Assembly: GCA_902771695.1 (NCBI GenBank)
Contig: CACXXP010000005.1
Span: forward strand, 16,944-80,943
Source of the DNA: an uncultured Pseudomonadota bacterium
GTDB lineage: Bacteria > Pseudomonadota > Alphaproteobacteria > Rs-D84
Length of the DNA: 64,000 bases
Reading direction: 5' to 3'
A program made the position numbers and the translations under genes. Every line of letters starts with the position of its first letter. The first letter of the stretch is position 1. The notes under the pieces were generated by a model that saw only the letters and a program-made list of their open reading frames with translations, was not told the origin of the DNA and made no database searches. Shown one piece after another: positions 19,601 through 28,700 of this stretch.

Positions 19601-20734
19601 GGCGCCAAGGTTGCAGAATGGGATCCATATTCTAACACAATCATCGCAGAAAAAGACGGTATCGTCAGTTTCAACGATTTGACTGAAAACGTATCGTTCC
19701 AAGAAGAAGTTGATGCGATGACTGGTATCGTTTCACGCAAGGTGATAAATTGGAAAACAAATACCAAGAAAGCATTGCAACCGGCAATCAGATTGGTTAA
19801 CGAAAAAGGCGATGTGTTGTCGTTGGGTGGCAAGAAAATCGCAGAATATCTGTTGCCAATACATTCTGTGTTGATGGTTGAAAACGGTGCAAAGGTTGCC
19901 GCAGGTGATGTTTTGGCGCGTATTCCAGTTCAGGCAAAGCGTACAGGCGATATTACCGGTGGTTTGCCACGTGTTGAAGAATTACTGGAAGTTCGTCGTC
20001 CTGCCAACCCAGCATTGCTTGCAGAAATTGATGGAACCATTGAATTGGAAGATGCAAAATCCAAGATTATTGTTCGCATCGTCCCAGACGATGGTACACA
20101 ACCGTTTGAATATGCAATACCAAAGGGAACCAACCTGTTGGTCCGCAGTGGCGATGTTGTTAAGAAAGCAGATAAATTGGTTGATGGTGACCCGGTACCA
20201 CAAGACATATTGCGTATCTTGGGGCAAAAGGCACTTGCAACCTTTATGGTTGAACAGATTCAACAGGTTTATCGTTTGCAGGGTGTGTCCATTAACGACA
20301 AGCATATTGAAATTTTGATACGTGAAATGACACGTCGTGTTGAAATCACTGACCCAGGTGATACAGTGTTCTTGACAGGACATGTTGTTGACCGTGTTGA
20401 TTTTGAAGAAGAAAATGAACGCGTTAAACATGATGGTGGTCGACCGGCGGTTGCATCCCAGGTTTTGGTCGGATTGACCCGTGCGTCACTTACCACACGT
20501 TCGTTCATATCCAATGCATCGTTCCAACAGACAACCAAAGTTTTGGTTGATGCGGCAATCAATGGTTCAACCGATAAATTGGTCGGTATAAATGAAAACT
20601 TGATTGTTGGTCGTTTGATACCAATTGGAACAGGTGCATATGTCCGTCGTGTTCGTGAAATCGCCAAGGCCGAAGAAAAAGCCGAACGCATTGCACGCGA
20701 AGGTGGTGAACATCAACAGTTGTTGGATTTATAG
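16625..20734 (+). CDS. rpoC: RNA polymerase beta' subunit
   Basis: 1369 aa; Zn finger CACGKYK...CERC, RFRMNLLGKRVDYSGRSVI, NADFDGDQM, TLRTFH. Confidence 0.99.
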   Translation: MTNMLQKIFGQIETREQFDALRVTIASPEEILSWSHGEVTKPETINYHSLKPEADGLFCQKIFGPVKDYECACGKYKRIKFRGTICERCGVEVGASSVRRERMGHIKLAMPVAHTWFLREGKIATLLNNLSQKKLEQVISYDAYIVIEPGLTSLKPYDVISEDEYRAAVEEFGQDSFRVGIGAEGVRSIIANLDMGDERTRLRGELANTQSEAKRKSIIKQLKLVEAFLDSKTEPAWMLPDIIPVIPPDMRPLVTLDAGHVAASDLNDLYRRVIIRNNRLKRFMEMHAPEIIIRNEKRMLQEAVDSLFDNEHKARPMVSQNRRPLKSLSGSLRGKSGRFRMNLLGKRVDYSGRSVIVSGPSLKMHQVGLPKAMALELFKPFVFARLMAGDYANTLKTARKMVENGEDIVWEILEKVIHEHPVLLNRAPSLHRLSLLAFEPVLIEGKAIRLHPLVCKGFNADFDGDQMAVHVPISLEAQLEARTLMLSTNNILSPANGEPMTVPSQDMVLGIYYISLINGEHTEKSPRFINMDEVKLALENKTITLHTPIVARINGKNYKTTAGRMIIGELLPKSDNMPFDLVNKVMGRGDLESLLSITYERCGDKAMILLADALKNTGFEQAARSGISIGFDDVVIPEEKEQMIADAEKAAADIEEQYQNGLLSSGERYNKLIDMWQRTTDNLGKMAYAALGKSTGDNWNSIYMMADSKARGSKNQIQQLAGMRGMMQKPDGSIIEVPIISNFKEGLTMAEYFTSTHGARKGLSDTALKTAQAGYLTRRLVDLALNTVITEHDCGTKEFITARPVYQGSTLSVPLGDVVLGRTAAKDIVHPITKEVIVPAGELITKVAARQINESGLPSVDVRSVLTCCSDGLCAKCYGMDLSRQSLVHVGEAVGVVAGQSIGEPGTQLTLRTFHIGGIASGGAESHYIEVPVAGTIKLSGVNTITNSVGRVVVLSRNGKVAIVSPKGDELFSCALPYASMLIVNDGDKVEKGAKVAEWDPYSNTIIAEKDGIVSFNDLTENVSFQEEVDAMTGIVSRKVINWKTNTKKALQPAIRLVNEKGDVLSLGGKKIAEYLLPIHSVLMVENGAKVAAGDVLARIPVQAKRTGDITGGLPRVEELLEVRRPANPALLAEIDGTIELEDAKSKIIVRIVPDDGTQPFEYAIPKGTNLLVRSGDVVKKADKLVDGDPVPQDILRILGQKALATFMVEQIQQVYRLQGVSINDKHIEILIREMTRRVEITDPGDTVFLTGHVVDRVDFEEENERVKHDGGRPAVASQVLVGLTRASLTTRSFISNASFQQTTKVLVDAAINGSTDKLVGINENLIVGRLIPIGTGAYVRRVREIAKAEEKAERIAREGGEHQQLLDL

Positions 20735-20747
20735 TAGAAAACAAAAA

Positions 20748-20782
20748 TGGCGCAGATTGTTTTATAATCGGTCTGCGCCAAT
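20748..20782 (+). terminator. Hairpin after rpoC
   Basis: TGGCGCAGATT...GGTCTGCGCCA. Confidence 0.55.
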
Positions 20783-20857
20783 GATGTGAAAGTTTTTTAC
20801 TTGCAAAACGGCAATATTGTAATAGAATAACAGGCATAAAATAAAAAAGGATAAGAA

Positions 20858-21007
20858 ATGGCAACGCCAAGAAGTAAAACAAGTAAAGCACGCGGTGCAC
20901 AACGTCGCAGCCATGATGCATTGTCTGTAATGCCATGCGGTGTTTGCAAAACATGTGGCGAAAAAAAACGCCCACATCATATATGCCCTGCATGCGGTGC
21001 AAAATAA
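20858..21007 (+). CDS. rpmF: 50S ribosomal protein L32 (49 aa, Zn-ribbon type); not in the supplied ORF track
   Basis: Translated by hand: MATPRSKTSKARGAQRRSHDALSVMPCGVCKTCGEKKRPHHICPACGAK; AAGGA RBS; directly upstream of plsX. Confidence 0.93.
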   Translation: MATPRSKTSKARGAQRRSHDALSVMPCGVCKTCGEKKRPHHICPACGAK

Positions 21008-21024
21008 TAACCGAATAAAATAAC

Positions 21025-21063
21025 TGCAGATTGGGCACGCGTTCGTGCCTGTCTGCATTTTTT
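21025..21063 (+). terminator. Terminator-like hairpin between rpmF and plsX
   Basis: TGCAGATTGGGCACG...CGTGCCTGTCTGCA then T tract. Confidence 0.6.
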
Positions 21064-21070
21064 ATGTGCG

Positions 21071-22135
21071 ATGGATACAGATAAAAAGATTATTGCAATA
21101 GATGCTATGGGGGGTGACAAAGGACCCGCCGCGGTTCTTGGTGGAATGAACCAATTTCTGTATCAACATGGCGAATCAACAATAACATTCCGTATTTTTG
21201 GAGACGAAAAGAAGTTGCGCAAAATGATGGCACGTTATCCACGTGTTGCACGCAACAGTGTGGTCATAGATGCCCCAGATGTAATTCATGGCACGGATAA
21301 AGTTCGCGATGTTATCCGTCATGCGCAAAATACATCCATGTATATGGCAATCAAAGATGTTCGCGAAGGAAATTCTGCGGCGGTGGTCAGTTCTGGTAAT
21401 ACCGGCGTTTTAATGTCGTTATCTAAATTGGCGTTAAAAACGGTTGATGGTATTTCGCGGCCAGCGATTACAACAATGTTGCCATCGGGTGCCGGGGATT
21501 CACGTGTCGTTGTGTTGGACTTGGGTGCCAATGTGCAGTGCGATGCGGAAAACCTGTTTGACTTTACAATTCTTGGTGGTGTGTATGCCGAAATCATTGG
21601 TAAAATGCCGCGACCAAAACTTGGGGTGTTGAATATTGGGGAAGAAGAAACCAAGGGTAACGAAACACTGCAACGTGTGAACAAGGTATTGTTGGCACAC
21701 CGTGATGAATTACCGTATGAATACCTTGGGTTTGTGGAACCAACAGATATCAGTGCCGGTCGTGTCCAGGTCGTTGTGACAGATGGTTTTACCGGAAACA
21801 TTGTGTTGAAAACGGTGGAAGGTACGGCAAAATTGATAAAGCGTGTTATTACCGAAAATATGAAAAAATCATTTTTGGCGGTTATCGGTGCGTTTTTCTT
21901 GGTTCATGTTTTCAAGAGATTAAAACATAAAATAGATCCGCGTTCTTATGCCGGTGCAACATTTTTGGGGCTGAACGGTTTTGCGGTAAAAACTCATGGA
22001 AATTCTGACGCGTTGGCATTTGCAAATGCAATTCAATATGCGGCAGATATGACAGGTGCAAACCTGAATGATGTTATTCGTGGACGTGTTGCAACAATGG
22101 CGCACATTCGTTCGGAATTAAAGGCAACCGAATAA
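21071..22135 (+). CDS. plsX: Phosphate acyltransferase PlsX
   Basis: IAIDAMGGD, VSSGNTG, LDLGANV, LLNIG-like GVLNIGEEETKG, VVVTDGFTGN, KTHGNS. Confidence 0.97.
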   Translation: MDTDKKIIAIDAMGGDKGPAAVLGGMNQFLYQHGESTITFRIFGDEKKLRKMMARYPRVARNSVVIDAPDVIHGTDKVRDVIRHAQNTSMYMAIKDVREGNSAAVVSSGNTGVLMSLSKLALKTVDGISRPAITTMLPSGAGDSRVVVLDLGANVQCDAENLFDFTILGGVYAEIIGKMPRPKLGVLNIGEEETKGNETLQRVNKVLLAHRDELPYEYLGFVEPTDISAGRVQVVVTDGFTGNIVLKTVEGTAKLIKRVITENMKKSFLAVIGAFFLVHVFKRLKHKIDPRSYAGATFLGLNGFAVKTHGNSDALAFANAIQYAADMTGANLNDVIRGRVATMAHIRSELKATE

Positions 22136-22197
22136 TTCTGTTTTTCATAATTATAAAATGTGATATAATGAACACATATAGTTTTGTGTGGTGATTT

Positions 22198-23367
22198 ATG
22201 TTTAAAATATCTGTATCTTGTTTGGCGGCGATATGCGTTGTGGGTAATTTATACGCAATTGAAAATGTATCACCACAAATTCAAAAATTATTGGCGCAAA
22301 AGCAAGAAAAAATCGCTGAATTAGAAAAGTGCGATGGCAAACGCAAGGGCTTTATGATTGCGGGTATATCAACCATTGGTCTTACGGCGGTGGGGGTTGG
22401 TGTTAATGTTGCACAGGCGAATAAAAGCAATAATTTGTCTGGCCAAATAGAAGCAAAAAATAAAGAATTGGCCCTTAAAAACATAAATTCACAAATAGAA
22501 AAATTAGAAAAAGAAAAATTACGTGTCAATTGCGAACAAGATGAAACAAAACAATGGTCAAATGGGCAATGTATTGCCAAAACCCCTGGAATTGTTCAGC
22601 AGGCACAACCGGTCACAGAAACCCCGACCCCAATTGTTAATACGGGGGTGCCGGTGGCGGCAAGTGGCCCAACCGAACCAAAAGTTGATGCCACCAAGTG
22701 GACCAAGGAAGCATATCAACAATGCCTTGCAAATGTGTACACTGATTTTGCAATGACATTGTCATCAAACCCATCAGAAAAGGTTGGAATAAGGTGGTAT
22801 TGGTCAAAGTCACATAATGGAAAATGGTGCGAAGGGTACCAAGGCGGCAAATATTTCTATGATTACAAAAAAAATCAAAACCCATGTACGAAATCAAAGT
22901 TCACATCACTTGCCAATGGCGAATGGACGGTGACGTTGCAAAACGGCAAAACAATGCAAGGCATCGCAATGTGCAGTAATACACGTGGCACCGTTAAAGA
23001 TGAATTAAAAGATGTAATAGATGTTAATGGGGGCGGGGCAAATTGCTGGTGTAAATTAACGAAAACAGATTTATCAGAATGTTTGGTGACACAAAAGTTT
23101 TCTTGGATTTTTATGGATAATTTTACCCCGATTGATGCGTCTGATATGGAAGACAAGGGTATTTATGATTCATATCATAATCCTATGCCAGATGAATATT
23201 ATAAATTGGGCCAGAATACTTGCCTTTGGCAATGTGCAAACGAATGTGGGTACCAATTGTTTGATTACGGTGGACGTGACAGAACAAGAACAATGCACGG
23301 TGTTCCATGGATAGATATGTATGATACAAATAAAGAAGCATTGTTAAATTTGATGCATTCAAAATAA
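22198..23367 (+). CDS. Secreted modular protein: signal peptide, hydrophobic helix, coiled coil, Pro/Thr linker, Cys-rich C-terminal domain
   Basis: 389-aa ORF after a TGATATAAT extended -10; N-terminal hydrophobic leader; GIAMCSN...GANCWCKLT...CLWQCANECG. Confidence 0.8.
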   Translation: MFKISVSCLAAICVVGNLYAIENVSPQIQKLLAQKQEKIAELEKCDGKRKGFMIAGISTIGLTAVGVGVNVAQANKSNNLSGQIEAKNKELALKNINSQIEKLEKEKLRVNCEQDETKQWSNGQCIAKTPGIVQQAQPVTETPTPIVNTGVPVAASGPTEPKVDATKWTKEAYQQCLANVYTDFAMTLSSNPSEKVGIRWYWSKSHNGKWCEGYQGGKYFYDYKKNQNPCTKSKFTSLANGEWTVTLQNGKTMQGIAMCSNTRGTVKDELKDVIDVNGGGANCWCKLTKTDLSECLVTQKFSWIFMDNFTPIDASDMEDKGIYDSYHNPMPDEYYKLGQNTCLWQCANECGYQLFDYGGRDRTRTMHGVPWIDMYDTNKEALLNLMHSK

Positions 23368-23374
23368 AAAACAA

Positions 23375-23430
23375 CGCCGGCAATTACTCGCCGGCGCGCT
23401 CTCCTTCCTTCCGGAACCCGGAAACTTTTT
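23375..23430. terminator. Paired hairpins between convergent genes
   Basis: CGCCGGC...GCCGGCG and TTCCGG-aac-CCGGAA-acTTTTT. Confidence 0.6.
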
Positions 23431-23438
23431 ATGCGGAA

Positions 23439-23774
23439 CTATGCCGCCATTGCAACGTTATCGCTTGATTTGTCGCTTTCTGCATCCAAGATACGTTTTG
23501 CTTCGGCGAAAACCATTTCTTTCACACGCAATGCCAATTCTTTTGTTTCCAAACTTTCGGCGGCAACATCAAAGTTGTCCGTACGAATTTGCAAGGAAAC
23601 ATACGCACCAATCAAGGATGTACGTGGTAAATCTTCAATAGAACGTGGCGAATTGTTGTGACCGATTTGCAATTCATCACTAAGTGATATTATTTGGCGA
23701 TCCGCGTTGACCCAAACAGTTGTGCTTAAAACCTTGTGCAACGCAATCATTATTTCTTTGATGTTTTTTGGCAT
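23439..23774 (-). CDS. Hypothetical protein, 111 aa, ending ...SDKSSDNVAMAA
   Basis: Strong GAAAGGAGGG RBS before ATG 23774. Confidence 0.85.
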   Translation of the reverse strand: MPKNIKEIMIALHKVLSTTVWVNADRQIISLSDELQIGHNNSPRSIEDLPRTSLIGAYVSLQIRTDNFDVAAESLETKELALRVKEMVFAEAKRILDAESDKSSDNVAMAA

Positions 23775-23949
23775 GTGTGTCCCTCCTTTCTCGGGCGTTG
23801 TTGGCAAAATCTAAAGCAGTTTTGTATTTACACGATGTATTTACAAAAAACCGAATTAAATTTTTCTTTTGTTCCTTGTTTTTCCCAGAAAACCAAGTTT
23901 TTCCTAGATTTCTGGGGGTTTTATACTTATGTCCCTTGTCTATACACGG

Positions 23950-23979
23950 ATGATAGAATAAAAACGAATCGTGGGTCAA
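23950..23979 (-). promoter_or_regulatory. Candidate sigma70 promoter of the 111-aa gene
   Basis: TTGACC-18 bp-TATCAT on the minus strand, about 170 nt upstream of the ATG. Confidence 0.5.
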
Positions 23980-24035
23980 GAGAAAAAATGTAAAAAAATA
24001 AAAAAATTTTTTATCAGTGGGTCAACATATTGCAA

Positions 24036-25631
24036 TTAGACGAATTTTTCAGGAATAATTTTTGTGAAAATTTTGAACAGTCGTCTAAAAATGGTTGTAT
24101 CAGGTCCATGATGATATACACGTGGTTTCGTGTCGCCCGGTCTTAGCCCCGTCCACGTTGTAACGCCTTTTTTATTGGTTACATGCCAAGATATCTTTGT
24201 GTCATCAATAATCATGTCGCGCAGTTTTTGTGCAAATTCTGCACTTTCAAATATAACAACATTTTCAGTGTTATAATATGCACTGCGCGGGTCCAGATTA
24301 AAACTGCCTATCCATGATATTTTATCGTCAAATACGATGGTCTTGCTGTGCATAACAGAAAAACTGGATTGTTTACGTTCACGATCGTGTATTTTACCAC
24401 GTCTGTTTTCAGCGGACAGCATAAATTCATACACATCCACCCCCGATTGAATCAATTTTGTACGATATTTTTCCCATTTGCCGTACACAGTTGGCGCATT
24501 TGTTGATGCCAACGAATTTGTAACAATGGTTAAATGCACCCCAGATTTTTCTTCGTTGCACATCATGCGCATGCCACCACGACCTGGGACAAAATATGCC
24601 GCCGATACATATGCGCTTTTTTCTGTCTTTTGCCACAGTTTCCCAAGTGCCAACATAATTTCGCCACTGTAATTTTCTTTATCGGCCATTGACATTTCAA
24701 CTTTTTCTGGTGGGTCGGCGATAAATTGACCATGTCCCCATGAAAAATCAAAATTCTTGCGATTAAATTCACGTATTGCCAACGAAATAATTGTATCATA
24801 TTTTCGTTTGTTTATTGGATTTGTCCGGTTCAGTTTTTTTAGTTGGCGTCTTAATTTTCTTAATGCATGCCGTGAACACGCCTTGGGTATTACAGATGCA
24901 GGCACGGCCAAGTGATGATTCCAATACATGTTAAAACTTGTTGTTGCATCGCGTGCAACCGCCCCCATAAATAACACATCTGTATCTGAAAAATTTGCGG
25001 CGGTTTCTGGCATAAAATAATTGCTGCCCACGTTGCGACCACCAGTAATAAATGCGACATTGTCCACAATAAAAAGTTTATTATGCATGCGAGAATTCAG
25101 ACGATTAAAATCCATCAGCATTTGCGGATAATATAAAAGTCGTGAACGATTTTTTACCGCATTAAAAATTTTAACTTCTATGTTTGGATGCTGGGTCAAA
25201 ATAATTACATCCGCAATATTAGAATTTGTCCCGTAATCGTCAATCAGTATTCTTACTTTGACGCCACGATCCGCCGCGTTTTTCAATTCGTCTATTAAAA
25301 TGTGTGATGAAAAATCGTTACTGTAAATATATGTTTGCAGGTCAATGGTTTTTGTCGCCATACGTGCAAATGCCGCCCGAATAACAAATGCCGACAGACC
25401 GTCATCAATTAGTGTTGCACCACTGATATTTTCTTTTTTGGTTAATTCTTTTTTGTATGGTTTAACAATGGGCGTGGTAATGGGGTCATATTCAAAATCG
25501 TGTTTAGTGATTTTTGGTTTATATGTTGCCAATTTTTTGTCGTGCATGCTGGTTGGTATGGTTGCACAACCAAAAAAAGGAAACTTACAAGATGACAAAA
25601 ATTTTTTATTCAAGTTTGTTACAATTTTCAA
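24036..25631 (-). CDS. Phospholipase D family protein (two HKD motifs; ClsC/YmdC-like); start uncertain
   Basis: MHNKLFIVDN...GGRNVG and MHSKTIVFDD...IGSFNLDPRS. Confidence 0.9.
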   Translation of the reverse strand: MKIVTNLNKKFLSSCKFPFFGCATIPTSMHDKKLATYKPKITKHDFEYDPITTPIVKPYKKELTKKENISGATLIDDGLSAFVIRAAFARMATKTIDLQTYIYSNDFSSHILIDELKNAADRGVKVRILIDDYGTNSNIADVIILTQHPNIEVKIFNAVKNRSRLLYYPQMLMDFNRLNSRMHNKLFIVDNVAFITGGRNVGSNYFMPETAANFSDTDVLFMGAVARDATTSFNMYWNHHLAVPASVIPKACSRHALRKLRRQLKKLNRTNPINKRKYDTIISLAIREFNRKNFDFSWGHGQFIADPPEKVEMSMADKENYSGEIMLALGKLWQKTEKSAYVSAAYFVPGRGGMRMMCNEEKSGVHLTIVTNSLASTNAPTVYGKWEKYRTKLIQSGVDVYEFMLSAENRRGKIHDRERKQSSFSVMHSKTIVFDDKISWIGSFNLDPRSAYYNTENVVIFESAEFAQKLRDMIIDDTKISWHVTNKKGVTTWTGLRPGDTKPRVYHHGPDTTIFRRLFKIFTKIIPEKFV

Positions 25632-25779
25632 CTTAGTCTGATTTTATGTGATGCGTTCGTAATTTGCAAGTTAAAAGAAGAAATCACAAATATAAAATTC
25701 ATTTCATGTGATACTTTTTCGCTTGCGTTATCACGCGCGATAATGATAAAATAATTGCAATGGAAGGAAAGATTTTACA

Positions 25780-28700
25780 ATGAAACGATTTGCTATGTTC
25801 CTTGGGGGACTGTTGATACTGCCCGCATTTGGCGAGGTTGCACCGATGTTCTATGACGAATATGATATGGAATATGTTGATGCGGATTACGCAGATGATG
25901 CATATTACGATGATGCAGATGTCATAGAAGAGGAAGAATTTGAAGAAACAGATAAAAAATCTGTTAAAACGCCGGTCAAGGTTTCGCGTCAACAGGTTGT
26001 GTCACGTAATATTGCAAATCGTTCCACCGCTTCGCGTGTCACACCGTCAAATGCAACATCTGTTGCGTCTGGACGTGGTAAATCAACCGGAAATTCATCG
26101 CGTGCGGTTGCGGCCCGAACAACAACGGCCGTATCGCCACGGACAAATGCATCGCGCACAGTTTCATCGCGTACCGCAACAACCAGTGCAACACGTGCGG
26201 CGGCCGCGCGTGCGACCGGGGGCGCAACACGGACGGCAACCCGTACAGGAACGGTTGCGTCGTCTGGGGTAAAATCATCGTCTGTGGCACGCACATCAAC
26301 AAATTCGTCGGGTTCGCGTATTTCACGTGCGGCGCGTACACAAAACAAGGTTGTAACGTTGTCGGGTAATGAAAATATCGTCGGTGCCCAGACTGGTTTG
26401 TATTACAATCCAAATGAAAAGAGTGAATCAACTTCTTTGTATAATTCTAATCGTGCAAGTATTCGAACCAGTTCTACAAGACGTTCGCCGGTTCTGCGTG
26501 CATCGTCGATGAGTGGCTTGTCTACGGAAACGGCGGCACCGTTTGCCAAAGATACAACAGAAATGGACGAATTGGCGGAATTGACAGATTACTGCAAGGC
26601 CCAGTATATGGCATGTATGGATAATTATTGTAATGTCTTGGATGAAAACCAGGGACGTTGCAGTTGTAGTGCAAATCTGAAGAATTATGCAAAATCCGAG
26701 GCGGCATTGAAGCAGGCGACCGAAGAATTGCAAGATGTCGCACAAAAAATTCAATACATTGGTTTGTCCGCGCGTGAAGTTGAAACATTGTTCAGTCAGA
26801 CCGAAGCGGAATTGAAAATGCAATCCAATGTGGATACCAGTCAATTAAAGACCAGTTTGGATAAAGTCAAAGAAATGATAATAGACGCCAAATCTGGAAA
26901 TGTCAGCACTTCTTCCAGTGGTATGAGTTTTGACATCAGTGGTTTGTTGGATTTCACCATAGACAGCACCGGATTTGATTTGTCATCGTTCCTTGGTGGA
27001 TTGGCGGGTGGTAATAATAATGTCAGCAACCAACGTGGTGAAGAATTATTCAAAACTGCGACAACGCGTTGCAAGGCGAATGTGTTACGGGCTTGCACCG
27101 CCCAGGGGGTTGATGCATCAATAATAACAAATGCATACGATTTGGAAATAGATAAAGAATGTATCGCATATGAAAAATCGTTGAATGAATCAAACGATCA
27201 GATGGTGGCAACTGTTCGTAATGCCCAAGGCGTTCTGCAAAAGGCGCGTTTGATGGTTGCAAAATCCAAAAATGAATATGATATGCGCGGATGTATAAAC
27301 GCACTGGATGCGTGTATGCAGGATGAATTTGTTTGTGGTTCTGATTATGAAAACTGTTTGGACCCATCGGGCCGTTACATTGTTAATGGTGAAATCGTTG
27401 TCGGTTCGCAACCAGGCCATGCAATTGATCCGGAATTGGCCGCAAATGTCAGTACTGTTATGACCAGTGACGTTTGTGACATCAACCTGTATCGGACATG
27501 GGATTTCCCGGATTCACAATGTGCCGGTTATGATGGCACATATACATCGGCGTTTCAACAAAACAACGCATGGGGATCGGGTGAAAATGATACATTGGCC
27601 AAATATATTGACGCAACGGTTGTTACCGGGGCGGCCAAGAAAGCCAGTATAAATATGTCTGAATATTTGCAGAAAAAGATTGGTTATGTAGAAGGCGATA
27701 AAAACTTTGGTATGTGTGTTGGTGTTCTGAATAAATGTCAAGATTATACATATACGGGCAAGGGGACAAATGTAAAATATAATCAAGAAAACGAGGTTGT
27801 TAAACAATACCTGTCACGTGTTTTGGTACAAATCAAGGCGAAGCAAGACCAGGTTTTATCTGAATATGCCGAAAGTTGTATAACCGACGTTTCGTCATGT
27901 TTGGCACAAAACGGTTATCCAACCGAAGAACCCCAGGACGAATACGGCACGGAACAATGGACGGGAACCGAACAGACCCAGGCGAATATTGCAATAAATG
28001 CATGCCGTGCAACAATTGTGACATGTATGTCGGTTAATGGTTATTCAATTTCAACCCCAACCCCCAGCGAGATGAACTGTTGGGTTATGGGATTGCAGTT
28101 TAACACCGCAACATCTGAATGTGCCACCAATGGCAGTGGTATAACCCCAACCCCAACGCCCGGTGGCAACGGCGGTGGCACGGAATATACCGTAAGTTTT
28201 AGTTGTGGTCAGGGGACGGGAAGTGTATCATCGCAAACAACGACAAATGGTTCCGTGACATTACCGAAGTTCGGTTGTACGACACCTGCGAACTGTACGT
28301 TTGTTGGGTGGGATTGTCCGGGTAGTTCAAATTATTTACCGTATAGCACATCGTATAGTCCAAGTAGCGATGCACAATGCGTGGCACATTATAATTGTGG
28401 GGGCAGCACCACAACTTCGTATACGATTACGTATAAATGTGGTTCTGGGGCAACGGGCAGTGATTGGACCAAGCAAGTTACTGGCACGAGCAGTAGTGTA
28501 AGTGTGACATGGGATAGTGCATCTTCGGTCAACAGCCATTGTTCGTATACGAATTATACCGCAAGCAATTGGAATTGTGCACGTGAAGGATACACATCGG
28601 GAACAGACCAAAACTTTGGTCAATCCACAACAATCAGAAGTAACGTAACATGTACGGTGGTTTGGACGCCAAATGCCGGGAATACAGAATGCAGTCCGTC

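Noticed and set aside
12571-20691. Many 60-230 aa antisense or alternate-frame ORFs over rpoB/rpoC (likewise over ldh, proS, glyQS and the 60260 gene)
   Set aside because: Shadow ORFs of well-supported genes; no RBS or recognisable motifs
23370-23490. tmRNA (ssrA) coding piece, suggested by the tag-like peptide
   Set aside because: The tag-like sequence ends a 111-codon ORF with its own strong RBS; no tRNA-like acceptor or T-arm elements were recognised nearby
25565-25600. Phase-variable T7 tract restoring a better PLD signal peptide
   Set aside because: The alternative frame hits a TGA upstream with no start codon; seven Ts is unremarkable in this AT-rich DNA
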